64,000 nt of DNA from an uncultured Bacillales bacterium (GCA_946617655.1 CAMOKL010000004.1:7086-71085), one strand, 5' to 3'. Numbered from the stretch's first letter, positions 41,964 to 51,332 are shown. The notes: generated by a model not told the origin, from the sequence alone. Numbers and translations: made by a program.

Positions 41964-42262
41964 AAAAGCACCTACTTTCTAACATAATTGCAGCATAATT
42001 ATGACATAACTACAACAGTTATTTTATGTTTATAATTTAAAACCTATGGGTGAAAGAATTACTTTCTATCATTCCAAGTATCACTTTTCAAAAGTTTTAA
42101 CGATAAAATTAATAAATTCCTTAGTTCGACTTGTTTTAATAATATTCGTAGAATAATAATATCAAGACGATTTCAACAGACCGTCTCAACATAGGTGCAG
42201 TTATAATAAATGCTGATATACCCTCATTTTTTAGAGTGTTCGACTGTTTATATGCTGATACT

Positions 42263-43303
42263 TTATTTTACTAATTCAACATAACCTAAATATTTCTCTC
42301 CACCATGTCCAATAAGCTCTTTATTTGGGTTTTTAAACCCTAATTCATATAGAGCATTTTCTCTTTCGATATCGTCCTCAAATAATTTTGTGACTATCTT
42401 ATCACAATTAAATAAAGTAAATGATGATGGAATTATTAATTTTAAAATACTATAGATAAATTCTTTTTTCTCATAGTCACTTCTCAAATCTAATCTAAGC
42501 AATGAACAATTAGTGAAATAATCATTTGAGTCACGATGAAATTGCTCAATGGTACCTATAATAGAATTATTACATTTATCTAGTATTGCCCACCTTACAA
42601 AATATCTATTTTTATAAGAATATTCCCAAAAATCGATTGCTTCTTTCATACGCTTAATTGTACTGTAATAAAAATTATCTCCATTACAATTATCACTATT
42701 GAAAAAAGGAACTGATTTCTCATCAGAATATATTTGTAATAGATCTTTAGCATCACTTTCTTCGATTTTTCTTAAAAGAAATCTTTCATTTCCGAAAACT
42801 GGAAATTTTTGATATGGATCATCAACATTTCTTATTACTCTAAGAATATCTACTCCTCTTCTCAAAATATCTTCTTCTTTAAAAGAAATCTTTTTCGCTT
42901 CTAGTAATCTTTCAATAGCTTGAGAAACATCTAAAGAATGATATGAAATAAATGTAGATGCAACATATTTTAAAGGCAAGTATTTATATGCTTGCTTTGA
43001 AGAAACATCATATGTATAGCAAAAATATCTATATAAATAACCAACCCAATACATTATATCCTTATTGTATTTTAAAGACCCATATGTAGTTTTACCATAT
43101 TGTAAATCTAAGTCAGCAAATATATCATTAATTGTCTTACTATCATCTAAAAAAGCTTTACTATCTAATTCAATAGCGATCTTTGAATTCATAAATCTTC
43201 TAACAAACACCTCAGAACTCATATCTTGAGTAAAAACTGATTTTTCAAACAATTCTGCTTGAATATCACATAATCTTTTCCCATCCCTATCAATTTTAAT
43301 CAT
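42263..43303 (-). CDS. Fusion of a DUF3990-partner-type helical protein and a RimJ-like GNAT domain
   Basis: N-terminal LCDIQAELFE...FMNS...YWVGYLYRY...YHSLD; C-terminal FLLRKIEESDAKDLLQIYSD...VPFFNSDNC, a GNAT pattern. Confidence 0.62.
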   Translation of the reverse strand: MIKIDRDGKRLCDIQAELFEKSVFTQDMSSEVFVRRFMNSKIAIELDSKAFLDDSKTINDIFADLDLQYGKTTYGSLKYNKDIMYWVGYLYRYFCYTYDVSSKQAYKYLPLKYVASTFISYHSLDVSQAIERLLEAKKISFKEEDILRRGVDILRVIRNVDDPYQKFPVFGNERFLLRKIEESDAKDLLQIYSDEKSVPFFNSDNCNGDNFYYSTIKRMKEAIDFWEYSYKNRYFVRWAILDKCNNSIIGTIEQFHRDSNDYFTNCSLLRLDLRSDYEKKEFIYSILKLIIPSSFTLFNCDKIVTKLFEDDIERENALYELGFKNPNKELIGHGGEKYLGYVELVK

Positions 43304-44160
43304 GCTAATATCTCCTCTATGTACTTACCTTGATTTTTATATTTAATCATAGCAAGTTTTACTTTATTATCGCCATCATTAATATCTGACTGTTTTATAT
43401 TTTGGTAATATTCCCTTTCTGCATTAGAAAGATAGCACCTCTCAATTATTTCTAGATTTGATGTTGCTTTTTCAGTCAAAAAAACAAATTGTTTACCTAG
43501 ATTTGTAGCTGCTAAGCAATGTTTGCATTGCTCATCAGTTATTAATCCATCGATAAATTGCTCAATTATACGATACATTCTATTATCTGCTATTGGAGCA
43601 TAAATATAGTCAGCCTTTTTAACCTTATCAATTATTTTCTTTATAAGCGGATGCTCTTTATATGAATCAAGTGTTCCTCGATAATATGCTATAGCTAACA
43701 TCCATTCCTGATTCACATCAAAATTTACTTTTTTTAAATCTTTATCATTAAATTTAATCATATAAATACATGATGAAGGAAATCTTGAAACAAAGGAAGA
43801 TGCTTGTTCACTTGTCTCTCCACAATAGAATCCTCTACCAAAATCATTATTTTCTCTGCCACAAAATGGTGAAATAGTACCTTCTATTGTAGTTCTTGCA
43901 CCATGAAATATGATTTTTTCATTTGAAATTTCTTCCTTATACAACATTTCTTTTATGGTATTAAGTTTTATTCCTTTTTTATATGCTAAATCATATATTT
44001 TTTCTATTGTATTATCAGATGGATAGTTTTCACCATTTTCTATTCTAATTATTGTTCTTTTTTGAACACTGATACTGTTAGCAATGTCCTCTTGTGACAT
44101 ATCTAGCATCTCACGTATAAACTTTAAATCCTCGTTTATTCTATAATTCATACTATTCAT
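43300..44160 (-). CDS. XRE-HTH fused to a DUF3990 (ADP-ribosyltransferase-like) domain
   Basis: LKFIREMLDMSQEDIA...RIENGENYP (HTH); FHGA...DFGRGFYCG...QA and LGKQFVF (DUF3990). Confidence 0.78.
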   Translation of the reverse strand: MNSMNYRINEDLKFIREMLDMSQEDIANSISVQKRTIIRIENGENYPSDNTIEKIYDLAYKKGIKLNTIKEMLYKEEISNEKIIFHGARTTIEGTISPFCGRENNDFGRGFYCGETSEQASSFVSRFPSSCIYMIKFNDKDLKKVNFDVNQEWMLAIAYYRGTLDSYKEHPLIKKIIDKVKKADYIYAPIADNRMYRIIEQFIDGLITDEQCKHCLAATNLGKQFVFLTEKATSNLEIIERCYLSNAEREYYQNIKQSDINDGDNKVKLAMIKYKNQGKYIEEILA

Positions 44161-44184
44161 CTCCTATCAACTATATTGTAACAC

Positions 44185-44238
44185 ATGTCACCAACAAGTT
44201 CAATAATTATTACTGGTGCTATATGTCACCAACAAGTT
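44185..44238. promoter_or_regulatory. Perfect 16-bp direct repeat (candidate operator)
   Basis: ATGTCACCAACAAGTT at 44185-44200 and 44223-44238, upstream of the HTH-DUF3990 gene. Confidence 0.6.
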
Positions 44239-44379
44239 TAAAGGTTACAAAAAAAAGATTTATCAGAAAAACTCTTAAAATCCTTTATTATGTTTATAAA
44301 CACATTATCCTTGTCTCAATAAAAACAAATGTTTAGTGCTGACAAATGACTAAAATATGTTTCCTAAAACATCTCGTTT

Positions 44380-44466
44380 TTACGTTACACATTTATCTTC
44401 CTTGTGTAGAAATAGATAAAGTTCTAGTATTTGATTCAAATCTTCTTTTAACGGTTCTCTAACCAT
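44380..44466 (-). pseudogene. Truncated GNAT acetyltransferase N-terminal remnant
   Basis: An RBS precedes MVREPLKEDLNQILELYLFLHKEDKCVT*, which resembles a common GNAT N-terminus; the rest is lost. Confidence 0.45.
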
Positions 44467-44497
44467 TTATTATTTTCCTCATTTATCTTATCATTTA

Positions 44498-45499
44498 TTA
44501 TTTCAAATTATTAATTTCATTTTCTAATTTTTTTATATAAGTTAACAAATCATCAAAGCTATTAATTAAATCGTCATTAATCATTTCTTTCATATTAGAA
44601 AAATCAACTCTTAATTCTTTAATACGTTCTTCGCTTGGAACTAATATGAATGATCCTGGTAATGCTAGGTCATAATTAGCCCAACTTGATGGATAAAACT
44701 TCTTTTTGAATTCTCTTACTTCTGTTAATAGTTCAAGATTATTATATGCAATATTCTTATATTTAGTTAATGATAATCTATATACATCATAATAATGCCT
44801 TGAATATCTTGATGGCATTTTTCTATCTACTGGTCTATGTGCCTCTTGATTAAGTATCAAGATTTTCTCCCAAAATGTTCTTTCAGGAGATACTGTTTTA
44901 ATTATTGTTTCATTATTATCCATTATTTTTAAATTTAATTTAGAAATTAATGGTGATATTGTAACATCTTCTGTTGGAGTAAGTGCGGCAAGAGGTCCTA
45001 TTTCCAATCTAACATATTTCAAAATACCAGCATCATCATTATATAATCTTGGATAATTAAAATTTTAAACTTGTTGATCTTTTGCATCAATTTGAAAATC
45101 TGCTTTTTGGCCTAAAAAGCCATTAAAATCTTTTGTTATTTCAGGTAATAGTTTTTCTTTAATAAAATTTGCTGCTAATAGATTAATATTTTTATTATAA
45201 ATATCTTGTTGCCTCTTGCTCCTTTCTTTATTTGGATCATCATCAGTTAATAAATCCCATCTCAATATTAAGTCTATATCTTCAGAAAAACGTTCAATGA
45301 TATTAAAGCATTTAGATAGGCTTGTTCCACCTTTGAAAATAAAATAATCTTTATATTTACATCTATGAAATAAATAATCTAAGATTAATGTTACCCAAAA
45401 ATCTTTTTCTACAATAGCCTTACTAACACCATTTTCAAAAGCATATTTTGTGAAAACAATATCTCTATCATTATTACTTAACTTTGCAATATTATACAT
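44498..45499 (-). pseudogene. Second AbiEii nucleotidyltransferase toxin with an in-frame nonsense codon
   Basis: EKDFWVT, FKGGTSLSK and RFSEDIDL motifs. TAA at 45065-67 is followed in the same frame by NFNYPRLY...VRLEIG...ERTFWEK...SRHYYDV. Confidence 0.85.
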
Positions 45500-45509
45500 A
45501 TTTTTCTCC

Positions 45510-46100
45510 TTATACAGACTTTAAAATATCATGAATCCATGATGTAATCTTATAATTCTTTGTCTTTAGATTGTTTTTGTCAATATCATCTAAAAAACAA
45601 CTTATTTTTTTAATTACATTCTCATCAATATTATTTTTACCAATTGTTTTTAAAGCTTGAATACATATTAATATTTTATAAGATAAATCATTTATTTCTC
45701 TTGATGTTGAATGCTTAAAATATATTGTGTTATTACCAACTTCATATTCATTGTATGCACCATTTGTTATGTAAACATATTTTATTGGAACTTGGGTTGA
45801 TAATCCAATTAAATTTAATGCATAATTACCTGATGGAATAATAATTAAATTATATTGTCTTGCTATTGCCTTAGCTATTTCGTTAATACTTGGTGCTTCT
45901 TCGATGCCTAATAATTCATTATATTTAGGAATATAGTATATTCCTCTTCTAGCTCTTTTAATAATTCCCTTATCATCCAATGTTTCTAATGTTTTACTAA
46001 TCATTTTATAATTATCTATATCAGAAAAATCAGATGAAGTAAAAGCACCATACTTTTCACTATTTATTCGTTCTAAAATTCGTTCACTAGTATTGGACAT
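45510..46100 (-). CDS. AbiEi/DUF6088-type antitoxin
   Basis: RARRGIYYIP wHTH and PSGNYALNLIGLSTQVP motif. Probable start ATG at 46100 after AAAGGTG. Confidence 0.85.
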   Translation of the reverse strand: MSNTSERILERINSEKYGAFTSSDFSDIDNYKMISKTLETLDDKGIIKRARRGIYYIPKYNELLGIEEAPSINEIAKAIARQYNLIIIPSGNYALNLIGLSTQVPIKYVYITNGAYNEYEVGNNTIYFKHSTSREINDLSYKILICIQALKTIGKNNIDENVIKKISCFLDDIDKNNLKTKNYKITSWIHDILKSV

Positions 46101-46112
46101 TGTTACCATCAC

Positions 46113-46144
46113 CTTTCGCAAATATTATACAACTTTTGCGAAAG
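46113..46144. promoter_or_regulatory. Inverted repeat flanking the -10 box of the abiE promoter (candidate operator)
   Basis: CTTTCGCAAA-12nt-TTTGCGAAAG; the spacer contains a minus-strand TATAAT at 46124-29. Confidence 0.6.
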
Positions 46145-46183
46145 CAAATCAACTTATTGCTTTCATCTTTATATAAAAAAGAG
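46145..46183. repeat. Copy 2 of the 39-bp direct repeat
   Basis: Matches 39491-39529; abuts the guaB terminator tail. Confidence 0.75.
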
Positions 46184-46236
46184 ATTGGAAGCATTACTGC
46201 AACCAATCTTTCATTTATTATAAATTTACGAATGGA

Positions 46237-47739
46237 TTAATTATTAGTATTTGTATCCTTAACTAATACGTCGTGAGCACCACCCTCAACGATAGATACA
46301 CTTGATACTAATGTTAATTTAGCCTTTTGCTGTAATTCTAAGATTGAATTAGCACCACAGTTAGACATTGTATGCTTAATCTTTGATAATGTTAATGCAA
46401 CGTTATCATGTAATGAACCAGCATATGGTACATAAGAATCTACACCTTCAACGAATGATAACTTCTTATCTCCGCCTAAGTCATATCTAGCCCAGTTACG
46501 AGCTCTTGCAGAACCTTCGCCCCAATATTCCTTCATATAAGTACCCTTAACTAATACTTTATTTGTAGGAGATTCATCAAATCTAGCGAAATATCTACCA
46601 AGCATACAGAAATCAGCACCCATAGCTAATGCTAATGTAACATGATAATCATATACGATACCACCATCTGAGCAAATAGGAATATAGATACCCTTTTCTT
46701 TATAATATTCATCACGTGCCTTTGCAACATCAATAACTGCAGTTGCTTGTCCACGTCCAATACCCTTAGTTTCACGAGTGATACAAATAGAACCACCACC
46801 AATACCAATCTTAATAAAGTCAGCACCAGCATCTGCTAAGAAACGGAAGCCTTCACCATCAACGACATTACCAGCTCCAACCTTAACAGTATCTCCATAC
46901 TTATTTCTGATCCACTTAATAGCATCTGCTTGCCAGCAAGAATAACCTTCACTTGAATCAATACATAATACATCAGCACCAGCTTCAACTAATGCAGGAA
47001 CTCTTTCTGCATAATCTCTTGAGTTAATACCAGCACCAACGATATATCTCTTATGAGAATCTAATAATTCATTTGGATTTTCCTTATGTTGAGAATAATC
47101 CTTTCTAAATACGAATGCAACAAGCTTACCATCCTTATCAACTATAGGTAAGTTATTAAGCTTATGATCCCAAATAATATCATTTGCAACCTTTAAAGAT
47201 GTTCCTTCAGGTGCAGTAACCATCTTATCTAATGGTGTCATGAATGTATTAACCTTTGTATCTAATGACATTCTAGATACTCTATAGTCTCTAGATGAAA
47301 TAATACCAACAAGCTTACCATTAGCAGTACCATCTGATGTAACTGCGCAAGTAGAATGTCCTGTCTTTTCTTTTAAGTCTAATACATCCTTTAATGTAGA
47401 ATCTGGTGATAAGTTAGAATCAGATACAACAAATCCTGCCTTATAATTCTTAACTCTTCTAACCATTTGAGCTTCATCCTCAATAGATTGAGAACCATAA
47501 ATAAATGAAACTCCACCTTCTTTTGCTAAAGCAATTGCTAATGTATCATTAGATACAGACTGCATAATTGCTGAAACAAGTGGAATGTTCATAGTAATTG
47601 CAGCTTCTTCACCTTTCTTATATTTAACAAGTGGTGTCTTTAAGCTTACATTTGCAGGAATATTATTTGGACCTGTGTATCCTGGTACTAATAAATATTC
47701 ACTAAATGTATGCGATGGTTCATCATAAAAATATGCCAT
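46237..47739 (-). CDS. guaB: IMP dehydrogenase
   Basis: [13 protein letters not shown] pair, [23 protein letters not shown] and EYWGEGS motifs. Confidence 0.96.
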   Translation of the reverse strand: MAYFYDEPSHTFSEYLLVPGYTGPNNIPANVSLKTPLVKYKKGEEAAITMNIPLVSAIMQSVSNDTLAIALAKEGGVSFIYGSQSIEDEAQMVRRVKNYKAGFVVSDSNLSPDSTLKDVLDLKEKTGHSTCAVTSDGTANGKLVGIISSRDYRVSRMSLDTKVNTFMTPLDKMVTAPEGTSLKVANDIIWDHKLNNLPIVDKDGKLVAFVFRKDYSQHKENPNELLDSHKRYIVGAGINSRDYAERVPALVEAGADVLCIDSSEGYSCWQADAIKWIRNKYGDTVKVGAGNVVDGEGFRFLADAGADFIKIGIGGGSICITRETKGIGRGQATAVIDVAKARDEYYKEKGIYIPICSDGGIVYDYHVTLALAMGADFCMLGRYFARFDESPTNKVLVKGTYMKEYWGEGSARARNWARYDLGGDKKLSFVEGVDSYVPYAGSLHDNVALTLSKIKHTMSNCGANSILELQQKAKLTLVSSVSIVEGGAHDVLVKDTNTNN

Positions 47740-47898
47740 ATAATCCTCCGTAAAATAAATATTTTTGATTTTACTTATTTTAACACTTTAACACAACAAT
47801 TTCAATAGAATTAAAGTGTGTTTTTCATAAAATGTTTTCATATTTTTTCATTAAGTAACCTTGAATAAAAAAATCAAATAATATATCATTAATTTGAG

Positions 47899-48246
47899 GT
47901 GATTAAATTGACTTTAGCAGTATGCTATAACAATGGTTTAGTATTCCAACATTATGGAAAAACAAGATTATTTAAATTATATAATATTGAAGATGGTAAA
48001 ATAATATCTACTTCTTTCTTAGATGCAGGAGATTACTCTCATGAAAGTCTTGCAACATTACTTAAGAATAATAATGTTTCAAAATTAATATGTGGTAATT
48101 TAGGAGATCATGCAGTAAAGACATTAAGTGATGCAAATATAGAGATACTTAATGGTAATAAAGGTTCTGTAGAAGATAGAGTAAAAGATTTCTTAGATGG
48201 CAAATTAAAATTTGATCCTAAATTTACACATAAATGTAATCACTAA
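47899..48246 (+). CDS. NifB/NifX-like (FeMo-cofactor domain) small protein
   Basis: VFQHYGKTRLF and LICGNLG motifs. Confidence 0.8.
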   Translation: MIKLTLAVCYNNGLVFQHYGKTRLFKLYNIEDGKIISTSFLDAGDYSHESLATLLKNNNVSKLICGNLGDHAVKTLSDANIEILNGNKGSVEDRVKDFLDGKLKFDPKFTHKCNH

Positions 48247-48381
48247 CAAAAAAGCCTTTAACTATTTTTGAGTATAACTCATTAATAATTAAATGGCTTT
48301 TTTATTAAGAAAATATGATATGATATATCCAAAGTAGACAATAAAATAAAAAATGGTACTAAGATAATTTCATAAGATTTA

Positions 48382-48981
48382 TTATTTATGAGATGCTTCC
48401 CATTCATCACATTTTTGTTGCAATAATAAATAATCTAACCAATATTTAGAATAATTAATTTCATTTTCAGTTAATCCTTTTATTTGATTAGATAATACTT
48501 TAATTTTTGTATCATATAAATATGAGCATCTATTCATTATAGATTGTGTATTTTTCAATTTGTTACACCAATTCATTAAATCTGTAAAGTCACGCTTAAC
48601 TTTTGGATTTGGTTCAGTATTAATATCATAGTTAATTATCGCACATGATGGAACTGGTATCATATAAGCAGCCTTTAAAATAGATGTTAATTTTTCATTA
48701 CCTGAAGAGTCAGTTTCAATAAATTCAACATCAAACTTAGAACGTTTTATCTTTTTAATGCCATTAGAATCAGAATATGATTTTCCTTTTTTTAGCATTT
48801 CTTTGCTTCCCTTATGGATAGGAACATAATAATTATAATTATTAACAGTGATACAAACGCCAATATATTTTCTACCACCATTTGTACTAAGAGCAATTTT
48901 GGAATCCATAACATTTTTTAATCTAGAATCTTGTTTTAAAAATTCAATATAATTTGGGTCAACATTAATTAAAGATAGCAT
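48382..48981 (-). CDS. toxN: Type III TA toxin, ToxN/AbiQ family
   Basis: RKYIGV...NYYVPI, YMIPVP and LDYLLLQQKCDEW patterns; lies downstream of a toxI-like array and terminator. Confidence 0.82.
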   Translation of the reverse strand: MLSLINVDPNYIEFLKQDSRLKNVMDSKIALSTNGGRKYIGVCITVNNYNYYVPIHKGSKEMLKKGKSYSDSNGIKKIKRSKFDVEFIETDSSGNEKLTSILKAAYMIPVPSCAIINYDINTEPNPKVKRDFTDLMNWCNKLKNTQSIMNRCSYLYDTKIKVLSNQIKGLTENEINYSKYWLDYLLLQQKCDEWEASHK

Positions 48982-49004
48982 TGGTACTTCTTTATAAAGT
49001 ATTT

Positions 49005-49028
49005 AAGGTCAGGCATAAGCCCGACCTT
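49005..49028 (-). terminator. Terminator between toxI and toxN
   Basis: Minus strand AAGGTCGGGC-TTAT-GCCTGACCTT. Confidence 0.75.
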
Positions 49029-49029
49029 T

Positions 49030-49167
49030 CCTCACACTTATGGTAGTGAATCACCGTTTGTATGTAACCTCACACTTATGGTAGTGAATCACCGTTTGTA
49101 TGTAACCTCACACTTATGGTAGTGAATCACCGTTTGTATTACTTCTTACGAAGATACTTCTATCTTC
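49030..49167 (-). ncRNA. toxI: ToxI-like antitoxin RNA: 2.9 identical 38-nt repeats plus a 5' hairpin
   Basis: Unit AUACAAACGGUGAUUCACUACCAUAAGUGUGAGGUUAC has copies starting at 49030, 49068 and 49106 with no spacers. Its GGUGAUU..CUACC..AAGUG core resembles ToxI pseudoknots. Confidence 0.85.
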
Positions 49168-49173
49168 ACCTAT

Positions 49174-49202
49174 AATATAGCAAAAATCACAAAAAATGTA
49201 AA
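49174..49202 (-). promoter_or_regulatory. toxIN promoter
   Basis: TTTACA, 17-bp spacer, TATATT. Confidence 0.7.
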
Positions 49203-49214
49203 GTATTTCTTTAA

Positions 49215-49742
49215 CTATTCACTGGTTTTATCTGATAGCATTATATCTAATACTTCTATTTCTTTGGATTCTTTTCCTATCATTTTATTCTTAGGAATAT
49301 TCATTATTATTCCAAACCATTTATTTGTGTTTGGATTTCTAAATACTCCAAAGCCTGGATCTGTATTCCATAGATATTCAGGATATACATTATATTTTTC
49401 TTTTATTATATTAGATAATCTATTTGATTGAGGATAGATAAAATCTTCTTTGTAAAAACAATTATTCCTTATATCAATTAATATTTGTTCACATTCTTTT
49501 TTTAATTCACTTATGAATGTACCTTCTGACATGATATTTATTTGATCATATTCATCATTAAAGTCTTTATCTATTAGCTTTCCTTCTATTATTTTATTCG
49601 TTATTGTTATTTGTAATTCAAAGGAATTATTATAAATAGATTTATTATATGAATAAATATTATTATTTAATATGAATCCATATTTTATTAATGTTTCTTC
49701 TTTTAATGTATATTTTTTAAATATTTCATTAATTAGCCTCAA
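49215..49742 (-). pseudogene. MmcQ/YjbR-family protein, C-terminally truncated
   Basis: PEYLW...GVFRNPNTNKWFGIIM...EVLDI pattern; stops before the usual (P)AYHMNK C-terminal motif. Confidence 0.6.
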
Positions 49743-49783
49743 TTTATATCTACTTCCTCTATTATATAATGTTAATTATCAAT

Positions 49784-50830
49784 TTATTTTAATCTTGCGT
49801 ATTTATTATCTTTTCCATTACCTTCACGTTTTATTTCTCCAAGTTCTACTAATTTTCTTAATGAACCTTCTATAGAACTAATGCTAAGTGATGGACATAA
49901 TTCTCTTATATCTTGCTTTGTAAACCAACCAATTTTCTCGTTGATTGCTTTTCTTACCATATCGATAGCTGGTAATTTCTTTTCTACAATTTTAAATCTA
50001 TCTTCAAAATCTTTATAAGCTGCAAGTATTGTACTTAATAAATATTTAATAAATGGTACTGGATCATCATTACCTTCAATCCATCCATGTTGTGATGCTC
50101 CAAGTGCATCATAATATAAATCTTTATGTTTTGCTATCTTAGCTTCAAGTGATATATATTTACCAACATAAAAACCATTTCTATATAATAATAATGTTGT
50201 TAATAATCTAGACATTCTTCCATTTCCATCATTAAATGGATGAATGCATAAGAAATCATGAATAAATACAGGAATTGCTATCAATGGTTCTAATTCATTA
50301 TTACCTATTACTCTATTATATTCTTCACATATCCTATCTAATGCTTCTGGCGTATCAAATGGATCAAGAGGTGTAAATAATACTTCTACCTTACCATCGG
50401 GATATGTTGCTGATATATAATTTTGAACATTTTTTGTTCTTCCTGCCATAGGATTATTTAAATGATTATACATAATTTTATGAAGCTGTAATATAAAGTT
50501 TTGTGTTAATGGAATTGCATCAAAGCTTTCATGTATTATATTTAATACATCACGATATCCTGCTATTTCTTCTTCAGCTCTGTTTTTAGGTGTTGTTTTT
50601 TCTTCTACTAATTGCTTAATTCTTGAATTTGTTGTTACAATACCTTCAATAGCATTTGATGCTTCTGTACTTTGAATCTTAGCTATTTCAACTAGTTTTT
50701 CTAATTCTTCTGGTCTTTGCTTTAAATATAGTTCTTGTTTTCCTGCTTCTTTATATATAGCTGCTATATATCCTAAGATTTCAGAATCCCATGTTCTTTT
50801 ACTTATATCAGAATAATTGAATTTTCTCAT
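49784..50830 (-). CDS. Fic-family protein with a C-terminal wHTH
   Basis: Canonical HPFNDGNGRMSR motif; STEASNAIEG N-terminal motif. Confidence 0.92.
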   Translation of the reverse strand: MRKFNYSDISKRTWDSEILGYIAAIYKEAGKQELYLKQRPEELEKLVEIAKIQSTEASNAIEGIVTTNSRIKQLVEEKTTPKNRAEEEIAGYRDVLNIIHESFDAIPLTQNFILQLHKIMYNHLNNPMAGRTKNVQNYISATYPDGKVEVLFTPLDPFDTPEALDRICEEYNRVIGNNELEPLIAIPVFIHDFLCIHPFNDGNGRMSRLLTTLLLYRNGFYVGKYISLEAKIAKHKDLYYDALGASQHGWIEGNDDPVPFIKYLLSTILAAYKDFEDRFKIVEKKLPAIDMVRKAINEKIGWFTKQDIRELCPSLSISSIEGSLRKLVELGEIKREGNGKDNKYARLK

Positions 50831-51062
50831 TATTTCACCTTATTTCTTATATTTTCCCTTAAATAATACCGTATTTTAAGGTTAAATTCAATAATTAAGG
50901 GGATTTTATTCATTTAATAATAGTTTCTTATTAATAAATAAAAACAATTATAAAATAAACTAGTAGACTTCTCCTTTAAAAAATAAGAATTACAGTGACA
51001 CAAAAGTCACAGATAATGTCACAGAAATCACAAAGCTTCAAACGAACATTATTTCAATATTA

Positions 51063-51297
51063 AAGGTAAATGACAAGGTAAACGACAAGGTAAATGACTA
51101 GGTAAAACCAAGTGATAATGCAACCAAAAGAATTGAACTTATCTTAAAGACCCTAAAATTACTCGTATAAAAATAGCTGAGGCAATAAGTAAATCTGAAG
51201 CTACAGTTAATAGAACAATAGAGAACTAAAAGATAATAATTTGTTAGATGAAAAGGAATCATAAAATGGTTCTTGGGTAATTAAAGTCAAGAAGTAA
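51063..51297 (+). pseudogene. Decayed wHTH C-terminal remnant with KVND 12-bp repeats
   Basis: (AAGGTAAAYGAC)x3, then KDPKITRIKIAEAISKSEATVNRT..ELKDNNLL...NGSWVIK across stops and frameshifts. Confidence 0.55.
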
Positions 51298-51328
51298 AAA
51301 GCCGATTGCATATTTACAATCGGTTTTT
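51296..51328. terminator. Bidirectional terminator ending the sipW operon
   Basis: AAAAAGCCGATTG-8nt-CAATCGGTTTTT. Confidence 0.72.
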
Positions 51329-51332
51329 GTTA

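Noticed and set aside
42120-42245. tRNA fragments suggested by two GTTCGACT words
   Set aside because: No cloverleaf stems or CCA end can be built around either word.
47899-48246. Evidence for nitrogen fixation
   Set aside because: Stand-alone NifB/NifX-like domains are widespread in non-diazotroph anaerobes, and no nif genes are nearby.
49030-49139. 38-bp repeats as a CRISPR array
   Set aside because: The copies are head-to-tail with no spacers and there are no cas genes; the context is a toxI array.
39300-51330. Intact prophage, ICE or IS element
   Set aside because: No integrase, transposase, relaxase or phage structural genes, and no terminal inverted repeats were seen.
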